DNA of 64,000 nucleotides from Bacteroidota bacterium (GTDB lineage: Bacteria > Bacteroidota > Bacteroidia > 2-12-FULL-35-15). This document shows positions 29,640-41,200 of the stretch, piece after piece. Made by a program: the position numbers and the translations under genes. The notes beneath the pieces are model-generated. The model searched no databases and was not told the origin of the DNA. It saw nothing but the letters and a program-made list of their open reading frames with translations. How positions within the stretch are numbered: the stretch's first letter is position 1; every line of letters begins with the position of its first letter. The stretch covers positions 3,741 through 67,740 of the forward strand of contig JANYDQ010000236.1 of assembly GCA_025363555.1 (NCBI GenBank). The letters are read 5' to 3'.

Positions 29640-30662
29640 ATGAAACTAACTTTTGAACTCCATACTTTATATTTCAAACGTCCATTTAAAATTGCACATG
29701 GCGTTCGTACTTCCACTCCTATTGTATTAACACAACTGGAACATGAAGGAATTATTGCTTATGGAGAAGCGAGTATGCCACCATATTTAGGAGAGTCGCA
29801 TGAAACAGTTTTATCATTTTTAAATAAAGCATCTGTTTTATTAAGCAAGTTTCAACATCCATTTGAAATTGAATCTATTTTAAAAGAAGTAAATTTGATT
29901 GAAACTGCCAATACTGCTGCAAAAGCTTCTATAGATATTGCTTTGCATGATTTAAACGGGAGGTTGCAAAACCAACCTTGCTGGAAAATATTTGATTGCG
30001 ATAAAAACAAAACTCCATATACAACCTATACTTTAGGAATAGATGAACCGGAAATAATAAAACAAAAAATTGTGGAAGGCTCGGATTATAAATACTTCAA
30101 AGTAAAGCTAAACGGAGAAAACGATAAAGCAATTATTGAGAACATTCGAAATGTTACGGATAAACCGATAGCCATTGATGTAAACCAGGGATGGAGAGAT
30201 AAATATATTGCTTTGGAAATGATGGAATGGTTAGCAAACAAGAATGTTTTATTTGTTGAACAACCTTTAGCAAAAGTAAATTGGGATGATGCACGTTGGC
30301 TATATGAAAGGAGCCCCTTGCCATTATTTGCAGATGAAAGTGTACAGCGATATGCTGATATTGATAAAGTAAAAGATTGTTTTCACGGCATTAATATTAA
30401 ACTAATGAAATGCACCGGAATGTTTGAAGCAAATAAAATGATTAAACGGGCGAGAGAATTAAATTTGAAAATATTAATCGGTTGCATGAGTGAAACATCG
30501 TGCGCAATATCAGCCGCTGCACAACTTTCACCGCTGGTTGATTATGCAGATTTGGACGGATCTCTTTTAATTAAAAATAATTTATTTGATGGAATAACTT
30601 TTACTGAAGGGAAAATTACATTGAATGATTTACCTGGAATAGGTGTTGTTAAGAAGGTTTGA
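29640..30662 (+). CDS. dipeptide (L-Ala-D/L-Glu-type) epimerase, enolase superfamily
   Basis: 340 aa; KVKL, DVNQGW, VEQP, FADES, KLMKCTG blocks of the MLE/epimerase subgroup. Confidence 0.8.
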   Translation: MKLTFELHTLYFKRPFKIAHGVRTSTPIVLTQLEHEGIIAYGEASMPPYLGESHETVLSFLNKASVLLSKFQHPFEIESILKEVNLIETANTAAKASIDIALHDLNGRLQNQPCWKIFDCDKNKTPYTTYTLGIDEPEIIKQKIVEGSDYKYFKVKLNGENDKAIIENIRNVTDKPIAIDVNQGWRDKYIALEMMEWLANKNVLFVEQPLAKVNWDDARWLYERSPLPLFADESVQRYADIDKVKDCFHGINIKLMKCTGMFEANKMIKRARELNLKILIGCMSETSCAISAAAQLSPLVDYADLDGSLLIKNNLFDGITFTEGKITLNDLPGIGVVKKV

Positions 30663-30694
30663 TTGGAAAGTAATTGGAAGAGAAAATGGTGTGC

Positions 30695-30721
30695 AAAAAA
30701 AAAGGGCTCTTGCGAGCCCTT
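30695..30721. terminator. bidirectional rho-independent terminator
   Basis: AAGGGCTC-ttgc-GAGCCCTT flanked by A9 and a T-rich run, between convergent genes. Confidence 0.7.
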
Positions 30722-30725
30722 TTCT

Positions 30726-30827
30726 TTACTTTTTTCCTTTTTTAGCTGCTTTCTTAGCTGCTTTTTTAGGAGCTGATTTTTTCGCTGCTTTTTTAGGAGC
30801 TGCTTTTTTTGCTGCTTTTTTAGCCAT
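30726..30827 (-). CDS. 33-aa Lys/Ala-rich histone H1-like protein (not in the ORF track)
   Basis: ATG...TAA reads MAKKAAKKAAPKKAAKKSAPKKAAKKAAKKGKK; a strong terminator follows immediately; the listed plus-strand ORF is its antisense image. Confidence 0.6.
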   Translation of the reverse strand: MAKKAAKKAAPKKAAKKSAPKKAAKKAAKKGKK

Positions 30828-31236
30828 GGTTTTTTTGTTTTAATTATTATGACACGAAGTACGATAAAATATTAATGCAAAAATTATTTATACTCCTTAT
30901 TTTATTAACACAAATTTGTTGATAACAGTGGCTGTGGTTTCTTGCAGTTTTTTTTTTCAGTCATTATTTAATTTTTTTATTCCTTGCGATAAACCGTTTT
31001 TATTTTATTCACCCTTGTACATATTGATTTTACTTATAGTGCAGGGCATCGTTGTTTTTCAATTAAAATTATTTTTTATAACTGATATGAAGAAACAGAA
31101 TTATTTTTTTCATGCGATGAGAAAAATAATTATTAAAATTATTTTTTATTTTTCCCAGTTTAATTTTTAAAACAGAATTTTTTTTCTAAAAAATAATTTT
31201 TTTCAATAAAACAAAAAACAATTTATTCATGATAAT

Positions 31237-32472
31237 TTATTTCTTTCTTTCCAGGAGTGCCATGTAAAATCCATCTGCATGATACGCTTCGGGAGAATAT
31301 CTTTTTTCACCCTGCAAATCCCATTTGTCTCCAACTTGTTCTAAAAACCATTTTACCTGTTCTTCTCCTTCGCTTGGTAATATACTGCATGTGGCATACA
31401 CCATCTTTCCTCCCACTTTGGTTATGTCGGAAAAATTAGAGAGAATTTCTCTTTGAATTTTTTTCACTCGTTCAATCTCTTCCAGATTTAATTTCCATTT
31501 ACTATCCGGATTCCTGCGTAAGACGCCTAATCCAGAACAAGGAACATCTAACAATAATCTGTCAGCTGAATCTTTTAATCGTTTAACTACTTTTGAAGAA
31601 TCAATTGCTCTTGTTTCAACAATTCTCACATCAGCTCTTGCTGCCCGTTTTTTTAATTCAAGTAATTTTTTTTCTTTTACATCCAGAGCAATAATTCGTC
31701 CTTTGTTTTTCATTAATGCTGCCAGATGCAATGTTTTTCCTCCGGCACCTGCACAGGCATCTACCACACGCATTCCGGGTTGAACATTTAAAAATTCGGA
31801 AACCATTTGCGAAGAAGCATCCTGTACTTCAAATAACCCTTTATGAAATGCCTCCGTTCGAAATACATTCCTCGGAAATTTTAATTCGACAGCATCCGGG
31901 GACCACATAATAAGCGAAGCATCTGTTATTTTTTCTTCCTCTAACGTTTTTTGCAATTCCTTTGGATTTGTCTTTAATGAGTTTGCACGAAGAACAGTAG
32001 TTGGCTTTTGATTCAACGCACGAATGGTTTTATCCCAATCCTTACCTAATTCTTTTTCTCCCAGCTTATCCAACCAATCCGGAATGGACTCTCTTATTTT
32101 TCTAATCTTATGAAATTTCTCTAATTGAGAAACAATCTTCTTTTCATTTAAACCTTTGAAGTAATTACTTTCGGGCAAAGCATAACCATCAAAAACAAGA
32201 TAGGTTCCTAAAATCATCCAAAGGTTTCTATCTGAAAGTTTAGCTTCCGGTTCCAAACCGGATGATGTAAACAGCAATCTCCAGTTTCTAACCATATCAT
32301 ACGTAACATCTGAAACAAAGCCGCGCTCGCGCACATCCCAATACTTATTGGCACGCATTACTTTTTCAATTGCCTTGTCGGCATATTCGTTTCTTTCAAA
32401 AATATCTTTAAGGGCAATAAATATTGCTTTGATATGAAAGGTGTGGTGTTTTAAATAAAATTCTTTTGTCAT
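31237..32472 (-). CDS. rRNA cytosine-C5 methyltransferase (RsmB/RsmF, NOL1/NOP2/Sun family)
   Basis: 411 aa; DACAGAGGKT SAM motif, DVPCSGLG and YATCS catalytic Cys motifs. Confidence 0.85.
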   Translation of the reverse strand: MTKEFYLKHHTFHIKAIFIALKDIFERNEYADKAIEKVMRANKYWDVRERGFVSDVTYDMVRNWRLLFTSSGLEPEAKLSDRNLWMILGTYLVFDGYALPESNYFKGLNEKKIVSQLEKFHKIRKIRESIPDWLDKLGEKELGKDWDKTIRALNQKPTTVLRANSLKTNPKELQKTLEEEKITDASLIMWSPDAVELKFPRNVFRTEAFHKGLFEVQDASSQMVSEFLNVQPGMRVVDACAGAGGKTLHLAALMKNKGRIIALDVKEKKLLELKKRAARADVRIVETRAIDSSKVVKRLKDSADRLLLDVPCSGLGVLRRNPDSKWKLNLEEIERVKKIQREILSNFSDITKVGGKMVYATCSILPSEGEEQVKWFLEQVGDKWDLQGEKRYSPEAYHADGFYMALLERKK

Positions 32473-32553
32473 ACTGCAAAAGTAATATTATATAGTATAG
32501 GAATGACTTATATATATGTGCTGACTTTTTAAACAATTTATTATTTTTGCCGA

Positions 32554-33222
32554 ATGATTGACTACGCAAAAATTGATACTACTATAAATATTGGGGGAAT
32601 AGCAGTTCACCAACCCGTTACCAGCTTTACCGATTTAATTATTTCCGCTTTATGCTTTTATTTTTATTTCAGGCTAAAGCAAATCTCTTTGTCAAATCAA
32701 AGCATTGATAACTGGAAGCGGTTTTATTTATTCCTGAGCCTGGCACCCCTTTTCGGAAGTTGTTCCCACGCATTTTTTACTGTTCACGAAGGAATGGGTT
32801 ATAAATCATTTTGGTTCCCGATGCAATGGTTTAATATATTCTCCGCCTTTTGCGCTCAGCAGGCTACTCTCCATTCCGTTTTAAAAGATTCGCCAAACAA
32901 ACAAATTTGGAAAATGAGTTCTATTATACAGGTTATTCTTTTTTCAGTTGCGGTAATTGTATTTAGCAATTTTCTTGTTGTGGTTATTGATAGTGCAATT
33001 GCTTTAATACCGGTTATGGTTATTCATTTTAAATATAAAGAAAAAGAAAAAGGAAATGAGCTGGTTGGCTGGGGAATTGTTATTCTATTTATTACTGCCA
33101 TTATTAACGGAACCAAAGTTTCAATCAATGAATACTTTACCTATTTAGACATAGCCCACTTGTTTATTATTGCAAGCCTCTCTACTATGTTTGTGGGGAT
33201 AAAACGGAATGCTACTTCCTGA
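32554..33222 (+). CDS. multi-pass membrane protein, function unknown
   Basis: 222 aa; about six hydrophobic segments. Confidence 0.5.
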   Translation: MIDYAKIDTTINIGGIAVHQPVTSFTDLIISALCFYFYFRLKQISLSNQSIDNWKRFYLFLSLAPLFGSCSHAFFTVHEGMGYKSFWFPMQWFNIFSAFCAQQATLHSVLKDSPNKQIWKMSSIIQVILFSVAVIVFSNFLVVVIDSAIALIPVMVIHFKYKEKEKGNELVGWGIVILFITAIINGTKVSINEYFTYLDIAHLFIIASLSTMFVGIKRNATS

Positions 33223-34219
33223 AAATTGCTTTTAGCTCTTTGCCAATTCCAATAAAGGTAAAATGATTGAGGGGAAATTCAAAAAACACATGCAGCATAC
33301 TTAATAAGAATAAAGCATAAAACCCGACTTTGTAGCTTATTGCATATAATACCACCGAGGCAATCCATAATACTATAATTATTGTCATTCTTCTTTTTGA
33401 AACCTGGTTCCATTTAATTATTGTTGTTTTTGAAAACCAATTCAAATAATGGTAAGTGTATGCAAATGCAATAAAGCGCATTATTGCCACTGCCTTCGGA
33501 CTAATATATAATGCCACATCATCCCTTTCCAAAGTTCCAAAGCCAAATAGATTATATAATGAAGTATTTACAATTCTGAAAAACGAATACGCTTTTTTGC
33601 CATAATTAGTTACACTTATTCCGAAATTTTCGGGCATATAGATAAAGAAAGTAACGGCACAGCCAATAAAAACCAATAAAGAAATAACTCCCGATTTGCT
33701 TCTTGACTTTAATGCTCCATATAAAATGAATGCTCCTGTAAATATAAATACATGGATAATAGTTGGCATCCATACCGCAAACAGCATAAACGGGAAATCA
33801 GGATATTTATTAAAATTAAAGATAACCGAAACAAGGAACGTAAGAAAAACTAATCCTAATTTTATACTAAGTTTTTCTACAAATAAAATAATGAGTGCAT
33901 ACACAAACCCTGAAAAAATTAAACTACCCAGAAAAGCATTGGTTTTTGATTTATCATCGAACATGCCTATGGTAATAATACAAACAAGGATGACAAAAAT
34001 CCAAATGTCTTTTTTAGATTTTACAAAATAATTTTTTTTGTCCAGCCACGAAATTTCCGTGAGGTAATGCAACGGTCCAAGAACAGCATAGGAAAACAAA
34101 AACACTTCGAATGGTAAAATGTAGGCAGCAACTAAACTGATTAACATCAAACCAATGTTAGTGTAATTTATCCCATCGCTGGAAGTAAGTTTGGAAGTAA
34201 AGCCTGTAGTTGTGCTCAT
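33212..34219 (-). CDS. multi-pass membrane protein, function unknown
   Basis: 335 aa; eight or more hydrophobic segments; His-containing motifs GPLHYLTEISW and HVFFEFPLNH. Confidence 0.5.
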   Translation of the reverse strand: MSTTTGFTSKLTSSDGINYTNIGLMLISLVAAYILPFEVFLFSYAVLGPLHYLTEISWLDKKNYFVKSKKDIWIFVILVCIITIGMFDDKSKTNAFLGSLIFSGFVYALIILFVEKLSIKLGLVFLTFLVSVIFNFNKYPDFPFMLFAVWMPTIIHVFIFTGAFILYGALKSRSKSGVISLLVFIGCAVTFFIYMPENFGISVTNYGKKAYSFFRIVNTSLYNLFGFGTLERDDVALYISPKAVAIMRFIAFAYTYHYLNWFSKTTIIKWNQVSKRRMTIIIVLWIASVVLYAISYKVGFYALFLLSMLHVFFEFPLNHFTFIGIGKELKAIFRK

Positions 34220-34243
34220 ATTATTATTGCGAACAAATATAAC

Positions 34244-35455
34244 TTAAACTATTTTAATTAAGTTTTTCTTTGTAAATAATCTTACCGGGTACCAGGCAGC
34301 AAAAAAACCAATAAGCAGTACTATAAATATAATAAGGAGTATATCCAATGAATGTATTTTTATCGGATAGGCATCTACCACATAACCCTGCGAAAGATTA
34401 ACCAATGAAAATTTTATTTGTAACCAGCACACTAGCATACCTAACACTAATCCAAGAAATGCACCTATTGTAGTAATCAATATCCCTTCCACTAAAAATA
34501 TTCTCCTTATCAATTTTACATCCGCTCCCATATTATTCAGGATTACAATGTCTTTCTTCTTTTCGATAATCAGCATGGTTAACGAACCTATGACATTGAA
34601 AGTGGCAATGATTAAAATAAACACAAGGATAATAAACACCCATAGTTTTTCCGATTTCATGGTTTTGTAAAGCATTTCATTTTGTTGCTCCCTGTTTTTT
34701 ACCACATAGTTATTGCCAAGAATGGAAATAATATGTTGCTGCACTTCTTCTTTATTTGCAGTTGGTGAAAGCTTTAATTCCATAGCAGTTACTTCATTGG
34801 TATAATCCAGCAACTGACGGGCTTTATCAATATCCATAATAACATATTTATAATCGAACTCGTCATTCACTGTAAACGCCCCTGCCGGATAGGCTTTCAT
34901 TTCGTTCATTCCATCCTCAGGATTTAATGAATTAGTATTCCCTCTCTTTGGAGCATAAATAGAAATAGGTTTAAACAATTCTTTGGGGCTTGCTTCCAGG
35001 ATATTGGCTATTCCTTTACCAATGATAATATTATTCTTCTCCAAACTAAAACTTCCTTCTCTTATCAACGTATCGAAACCACTCATTTTCCGAAAGCTAT
35101 TGCTCACTCCTTTAATAGTGGCAATACATTGTTTGTCATTAAACTTTAACAACGCATTGCCTTCCATCACTTCAGTATAATAAGCTATGTCTTCCATTGT
35201 TTTTAACGATTGAATTTCATTTGCAGAAGGATTGAATGTTTTTCCATGTTTTATAGTTACGGAAATATCAGGAGAGAACGAATTATAAAGTGATTGCACC
35301 AAATCGGTAAGCCCATTAAAAGCAGAAAGAACAATAACCAATGCCATGGTACCAATGCAGACACCAATAACCGAAACACCGGATATAATATTAATAGCAT
35401 TGTGCGATTTCTTAGAAATCAGGTATCGCCTGGCTATGAAGAAGGGGAGATTCAA
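34244..35455 (-). CDS. FtsX-like ABC transporter permease (LolC/E-type)
   Basis: 403 aa; N-terminal TM, large periplasmic domain, three C-terminal TMs; TTG start. Confidence 0.8.
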   Translation of the reverse strand: MNLPFFIARRYLISKKSHNAINIISGVSVIGVCIGTMALVIVLSAFNGLTDLVQSLYNSFSPDISVTIKHGKTFNPSANEIQSLKTMEDIAYYTEVMEGNALLKFNDKQCIATIKGVSNSFRKMSGFDTLIREGSFSLEKNNIIIGKGIANILEASPKELFKPISIYAPKRGNTNSLNPEDGMNEMKAYPAGAFTVNDEFDYKYVIMDIDKARQLLDYTNEVTAMELKLSPTANKEEVQQHIISILGNNYVVKNREQQNEMLYKTMKSEKLWVFIILVFILIIATFNVIGSLTMLIIEKKKDIVILNNMGADVKLIRRIFLVEGILITTIGAFLGLVLGMLVCWLQIKFSLVNLSQGYVVDAYPIKIHSLDILLIIFIVLLIGFFAAWYPVRLFTKKNLIKIV

Positions 35456-35495
35456 TTGCTATATTGTTGTATTGTTATATTGTTTTTGTTTCTTT
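35456..35495 (-). repeat. 8-nt periodic ACAATAYA leader directly upstream of the permease gene
   Basis: Coding strand AAACAAAA ACAATATA ACAATACA ACAATATA GCAA-TTG. Confidence 0.5.
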
Positions 35496-35598
35496 AAAAA
35501 GGAAATAAAAAGCATATTCATTATAGACAAGAAGAAATAGAGGTTAACAATACAAACATATAACCAAATAACAATTTAGCCATTTAACAATAAAATAA

Positions 35599-35937
35599 TT
35601 ATTTTTTAAGCAGTTCATCTATCCTCATCGCATAATCGAGCGAATCGTCCAAAAAGAAAACAAGATTAGGGATGATGCGAACCTGTTTTCTTATCCTGTC
35701 CGAAAGTTTCATCCGTATTTCCTTGGTATGTTCCTGTATTAGTTTCAACAGGGCTTTGGTGTCGGGTACATTAAAGAGGCTGACATACACTTTTGCTACC
35801 CCAAGGTCGGGGCTGACGCGCACCTGTGTAACGGTTATTAATGCTTTGCCAAAAAGAATTTTTGTTTCTTTCTGAAATATATCTCCCAGTTCTTTTTGTA
35901 TCAGTCGTGATACTTTTAATTGTCGTTTCGTGTCCAT
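35599..35937 (-). CDS. rbfA: ribosome-binding factor A
   Basis: 112 aa; VTVTQVRVSPDLGVAKVYVS family pattern. Confidence 0.9.
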   Translation of the reverse strand: MDTKRQLKVSRLIQKELGDIFQKETKILFGKALITVTQVRVSPDLGVAKVYVSLFNVPDTKALLKLIQEHTKEIRMKLSDRIRKQVRIIPNLVFFLDDSLDYAMRIDELLKK

Positions 35938-35998
35938 TTATATTTATTTAGGAATTCAAAATTAACAATTAAATAGCTGCAAAGCGTATATTTGCGGA

Positions 35999-37843
35999 AT
36001 GAAAAAATTCTTTGGGGTTCTTCGTTACGTAAAAGGATATTGGAGATACGGTATTTTAAATATTGTTTTCAATTTATTTTCGGTTGTGTTTTCTACTTTT
36101 TCCATCTTCCTGGTTATCCCTTTTCTTCAACTACTTTTCTCTGAAGACAATTCGAAGATGGAATACATTGTAAGAGGCGGGAAAAGTCATTTTGGATTTT
36201 CTACCACAGAAATCCTTGATGCTATTAATTATATGCTCGCAAAACAGACTATTGAAGTAGGTAAAATGCCGGTACTTATTTGGATTTGTTTATTTATCAT
36301 CATTACTTTCTTTCTAAAAAACCTGACAAGATACATGGCTATGTATTTTATTTCTCCAATCCGTAATGGAGTCGTGCGCGATATGCGAAATAAAATATTT
36401 GATAAAACCATGGATTTATCCTTATCTTATTATTCAGAAGAACGAAAAGGCGATATTATGTCGCTGATGACAACGGACGTGAACGAAATAGAATGGAGCA
36501 TAATGGCATCGCTGGAAATGATATTCCGGGAGCCCATCACCATTGTTGGCTTTTTATTTATGATGGTTGCATTCAGTATAAAGCTTACTATCATTTCTTT
36601 TATTTTACTTCCCGTTGTTGGAATCCTGATAGGAAGAATAGGAAAAAGTTTGAGACGAAACGCAACTGTGAGTAAAGAAAAAATGGGAGTATTGCTTTCC
36701 ATCATGGAAGAAACGCTTGGAGGATTGCGCATCATCAAAGGATTTAATGCCGAGAAAAAAATAGGCGACAGGTTTAGAAATGAAAACAATCAATACACTT
36801 CCATTTCTACAAAGGTGTTGCGCAAAGTAGATTTGGCTTCGCCTCTTTCCGAGTTCCTGGGGGTTACTGTTTTTGTGGTTATTCTTTATGTGGGCGGATT
36901 GATGGTTTTGTCAGAAAAATCAATGGAAGGCGCTATATTTATTACCTATCTTATTATGTTCTCGCAACTACTTCCCCCTGCCAAATCTTTTACTTCTGCT
37001 TATTACAGCGTACAAAAAGGGTTAGCATCTGCCGAACGGATTGATAAAATATTAAATGCCGAAGTAACTATTAAAGATGTTCCTGATCCGAAATCGTTAA
37101 AAGGATTTGAAAAAGAAATAGAATACCGCAATGTTTCGTTTGCTTACCGCGAAGGCGAAGTGGGATGGGTGCTCAATAAAATTAATTTGAAAATACAAAA
37201 AGGAAAAACCATTGCATTGGTAGGACAATCAGGTTCGGGAAAAACTACACTGGCAGATATGCTTCCCCGATTTTATGATACTACGGAAGGGGAAATACTA
37301 ATTGACGGAGTAGAAATAAAACAGGCACGCATAAAAGATGTGCGCTCCATTATGGGCATCGTTACCCAGGAATCTATTTTGTTTAACGACACTGTATATA
37401 ATAACATAGCATTCGGAATTGAAAACGTAACCGAACAACAAGTGATAGAAGCTGCCACGATTGCTAATGCCCACCAGTTTATTATGGAAATGCAAAATGG
37501 TTATCATACCAACATTGGCGACAGGGGTAGTAAAATGAGCGGGGGACAACGCCAGCGGATAAGCATAGCTCGCGCAGTTTTAAAAAACCCTCCTATCTTA
37601 ATTCTTGATGAAGCTACTTCTGCCTTGGATACGGAAAGTGAACGTTTGGTTCAGGATGCTCTTTATAAATTAATGAAAAACAGAACTTCGCTGGTTATTG
37701 CTCACCGGCTTTCCACCATTCAACATGCTGATGAAATTATTGTGATGCAGCAGGGCGAAATTATTGAGCGCGGAACACATGCTGCCTTACTTGCCAATTA
37801 CAATGTGTATAAAAAGCTCTACGACTTGCAGGCATTTGTTTAA
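35999..37843 (+). CDS. ABC transporter, fused permease/ATPase (MsbA-like exporter)
   Basis: 614 aa; six-TM domain; Walker A GQSGSGKTT, signature MSGGQRQR, Walker B ILILDEATSALD. Confidence 0.9.
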   Translation: MKKFFGVLRYVKGYWRYGILNIVFNLFSVVFSTFSIFLVIPFLQLLFSEDNSKMEYIVRGGKSHFGFSTTEILDAINYMLAKQTIEVGKMPVLIWICLFIIITFFLKNLTRYMAMYFISPIRNGVVRDMRNKIFDKTMDLSLSYYSEERKGDIMSLMTTDVNEIEWSIMASLEMIFREPITIVGFLFMMVAFSIKLTIISFILLPVVGILIGRIGKSLRRNATVSKEKMGVLLSIMEETLGGLRIIKGFNAEKKIGDRFRNENNQYTSISTKVLRKVDLASPLSEFLGVTVFVVILYVGGLMVLSEKSMEGAIFITYLIMFSQLLPPAKSFTSAYYSVQKGLASAERIDKILNAEVTIKDVPDPKSLKGFEKEIEYRNVSFAYREGEVGWVLNKINLKIQKGKTIALVGQSGSGKTTLADMLPRFYDTTEGEILIDGVEIKQARIKDVRSIMGIVTQESILFNDTVYNNIAFGIENVTEQQVIEAATIANAHQFIMEMQNGYHTNIGDRGSKMSGGQRQRISIARAVLKNPPILILDEATSALDTESERLVQDALYKLMKNRTSLVIAHRLSTIQHADEIIVMQQGEIIERGTHAALLANYNVYKKLYDLQAFV

Positions 37844-37854
37844 ATATAAACACA

Positions 37855-38214
37855 ATGAACTTTAATGATCTTTCTCCATACATTAATAAACTCGATTTGA
37901 TTAAGGAAACCGCTCAACAAATCATCAAAGATTTTGAAATGTTCGGAATGGAAATAAAGTTTTCGGGCAGCGGATACAATGCTTACGAAGAATTATTTGA
38001 ACAAATAGAACCTCACATCAATGAACTCCTCGTTGCAAACCAACAAAAGTTTATGTGCATTTTATATCGAATAGATGTGAGTGATGTACAAATAAAAAAC
38101 GCAGTAGCCGAAAATTCTTCTGAACCATTTTCCTCTATCATTACAGATTTAATACTAAAACGCGAATTACAAAAAGTGGTTATTCGCAATTATTACAAAA
38201 ACTCAAACAAATAA
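37855..38214 (+). CDS. hypothetical protein
   Basis: 119-aa ORF 11 nt after the transporter stop; no recognisable motif. Confidence 0.4.
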   Translation: MNFNDLSPYINKLDLIKETAQQIIKDFEMFGMEIKFSGSGYNAYEELFEQIEPHINELLVANQQKFMCILYRIDVSDVQIKNAVAENSSEPFSSIITDLILKRELQKVVIRNYYKNSNK

Positions 38215-38270
38215 GTTGCTTACCAGGAATGAACAAATTGGTTGAAATAGAATTTCATTCAGTTCAGTCT

Positions 38271-41200
38271 TTATTCCCCTTCCTCTACTTCCAGCTCTTC
38301 TTCCACATTCGCCACACTCACATCTTTTCCTAAAAAATAATCTTCAATATAATCCCATCGTTCTGTATTGTTTAACGTGCTCGTGAAAAAATAATTCATC
38401 GTATCCATAGACAGGTGGTGTCTGCGCTCAATGTCGGTTACTACATTGTTAATGTATTTTTCTTTCACCAGCGTTGCTACTTTCACCGGGTCGTTAATGC
38501 GAATCATTAATTGTGGCGACTCCCCGCCCGATATTTCGTAAAGCGAAAGGTCGAATATTTCTAATAAAAAAATAAGTTTCACTTTTTCTTTTGCCTTTTC
38601 CATATCTGCCGGGATAAAACCGATGTACTCCAAAGAGCCTTCGCTGATGGCATCAAACGAAATTTGAAAGGTACGAAGCAACTGTGTTTTTACTTTGCTG
38701 AACGCAATGGCATCGAAACGGAACGACTGCATGGCACCAAAAGATTTGGCTTGTAAAAAGTTTCCGGTGCTCATCCCGGGCTTGCCGGTGCCTCCAAAAC
38801 CATCTTTCTCTGCAAACGAGCCAAGCAGCAATTCGCATAGTTTAATGCAGGTAATTTCGTTTTTTATTCGTGTCTGAAACTGCCGTTTCAAATCTTCCTG
38901 TCGAAACATTTTTCCTCCCAGTGCAGCAAACACTCCGCCTATAAAATTAATTCCGTTTTCAAGTTTGGTAAATGTTGTCTCCACAGGAGCATTAAACGAA
39001 ACCCTTAATTTCTTTAGTGGTTCCGCATAGGTAAACAATCGTTTGTCAAAAAACTTTTTTCTTACATCCGGAAAACTTTCTTCCGGAAAATGATTTTCCC
39101 ACAGTTTATCAAGTGTTATTTTTACATTCTTTTTATTTTCTTTTTCTTCCCGCATCACTATCGCACCGTTTTTTAATTTAGTACCTGCCCGTCCGTATTT
39201 TGTTTTTTTTATTTCCTGAACAAATGCTCCGTATTTTTCTTTCAGCGTATCAAACCCTTCATCATCCACCGAACCATACACCGTGGAGAACATGCTTTTG
39301 GGTTTTATCATCAATACATTGTAACCGTATCTGGCTGATAAATCTTTTTCTATTAACAGCATGGCACTTTTTACTTTCTGCTCCGGGTCACTGTCGCGGC
39401 TGAATATCCATTTAAAATCTTCGATGGAAACAAGCAGGTTTCTTTTTTTAAGAAGAAGAAATAATTTGTTTACTTTTTTTAATACCAAATCTACCTGGTA
39501 CTGTTTTAAAGAAGAAAGCCCGAACAATGCTTTGGTGTATTTCAAATCTTTGGGATTAAAGTCGAGCATTGCCATGCCTTTCATACCGGGTATGCGGGCA
39601 CCTCTTCCTATTTCCTGAACATAATCTGCCAGGGAACCCGAAGGTGCATGATGATAGATAATTTCAATGTCGGAAATGTCGACACCCATACCAAATGCCT
39701 TGGTAGCTAACACTATTTTTACTTTCCCTGACTTAAAATCTTTTATGGTTTCGGCTCTTTCGGTAGCATTCACATCTCCATAATATCTTCTCACTTTCTG
39801 CTTTATATCCGGGTTCAATGAGGTGATCAGGTGGCGTATCTGGCTTACCCATGGAAAATAAACAATGGATTTTTTGTTCTCATTTACAAATTCTTTAATA
39901 CGCGCCATTGTTTTTACTTCCTTGTCAATATCATGCTTACCTGTTTCCAGTTTGGTATATACAAAATTAATTTCTTCTCGTTTTATTCTGCCTATATACG
40001 TTCTGCAATTTTGCATGTTCAGGGTTCGGATGGTATCAAACACCATATCGTCTTTGCCATTATACACCGCAGTGGCAGTAAGCGCCACTACCGGGAAACG
40101 GTAGGTTTTAAATTTGTTTTTTGTTTTGCCTTTCAGCGTGCCTGCACTGCGCAGTTTGCGAATATAGTTTCCTAAAAACCAGTAATCAATGCGGAAGTCG
40201 CGCCCCCAGGTGGTGACCAAATGCGCTTCGTCAATAATCAATAATCCTAATTCGCGGGAACCGATGAACATTTGAATCTCGTATGCCAGCAGCAATTCGG
40301 GCGACATGTATAAAATAGAAAACTCTCCATTTAATGTTTTATCAATTATTTCCTGTCGCTCCACCAGCGAAAGGTCGGAGTTTACAAACGCTACTTTATC
40401 AAAATGGCGGTCATTTTTCAAGGCATTTACCTGGTCGTACATCAGCGCTTTTAAAGGAGAAATAACAATGGTAACAGAGTTTAATTTTTTATTTTCTGAA
40501 AGATAAATGGCAGGCAACTGAAACAGCAAAGACTTGCCGGCACCGGTGGGGGCAGTTAAAAAAACGTCTTCAAACAACAAATCCTGCTGTGCTTTTTCCA
40601 CCTGCTGAATGATGTGCTCTACAATAGCTCCCTGGGAATGTTCGACCAACTCTTTGGAAGTATCAGGGCTTTTATAAATATTAAGTTTTTTAAATTCCGC
40701 TTTTTCGCCCCAATGTGTTTTCAGCATAGTAGTTAATTCGGGGCGACAATAATCATCGTATTTTTTTTGCTGGCGGTACAGCGAAATGGCACAACCGCTT
40801 TCAGAAAGAATTTTGTACAGCATTTTTAATTCTGCCAGGTCGTTTGGCAGGTGGTCAATGCTTTCATCCACCAGTATATTTGCTTCTTTGGGCACATCGT
40901 GAGTAAACAATCCAAACTTTAAATCGAAATAAGAACTATCAGAAGCCTGGAACTGAATGGTGTTTTTTGCTGTGGAAACATCTGTTTTGAAATCGGGAAG
41001 CTGAACGGCATCGGCATCAAAAAATGGAATAGTTTCAATACGCGCTGCACTTACATCCAGTTCATGGTCCAGGTACTGAATGCAGTTGCAACCTGCTATT
41101 TCGCGACAATCTGCATAAAACCGGATAAAGGTTTCGTTTTCTTCTATTTCTATTTCGCTATTCAGGCTGCTTTCAATGTCGGGAAACTGCTGACTGGTTT

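Noticed and set aside
30643-30843. 66-aa plus-strand ORF ending AAFLAAFLGADFFAAFL
   Set aside because: It is antisense to the better-supported 33-aa Lys/Ala-rich ORF, which has an ATG and a terminator. It also reads through a terminator hairpin.
33212-33222. 11-nt convergent overlap of two membrane-protein genes as a possible regulatory feature
   Set aside because: Short 3-prime overlaps are common in compact genomes, and there is no associated structure.
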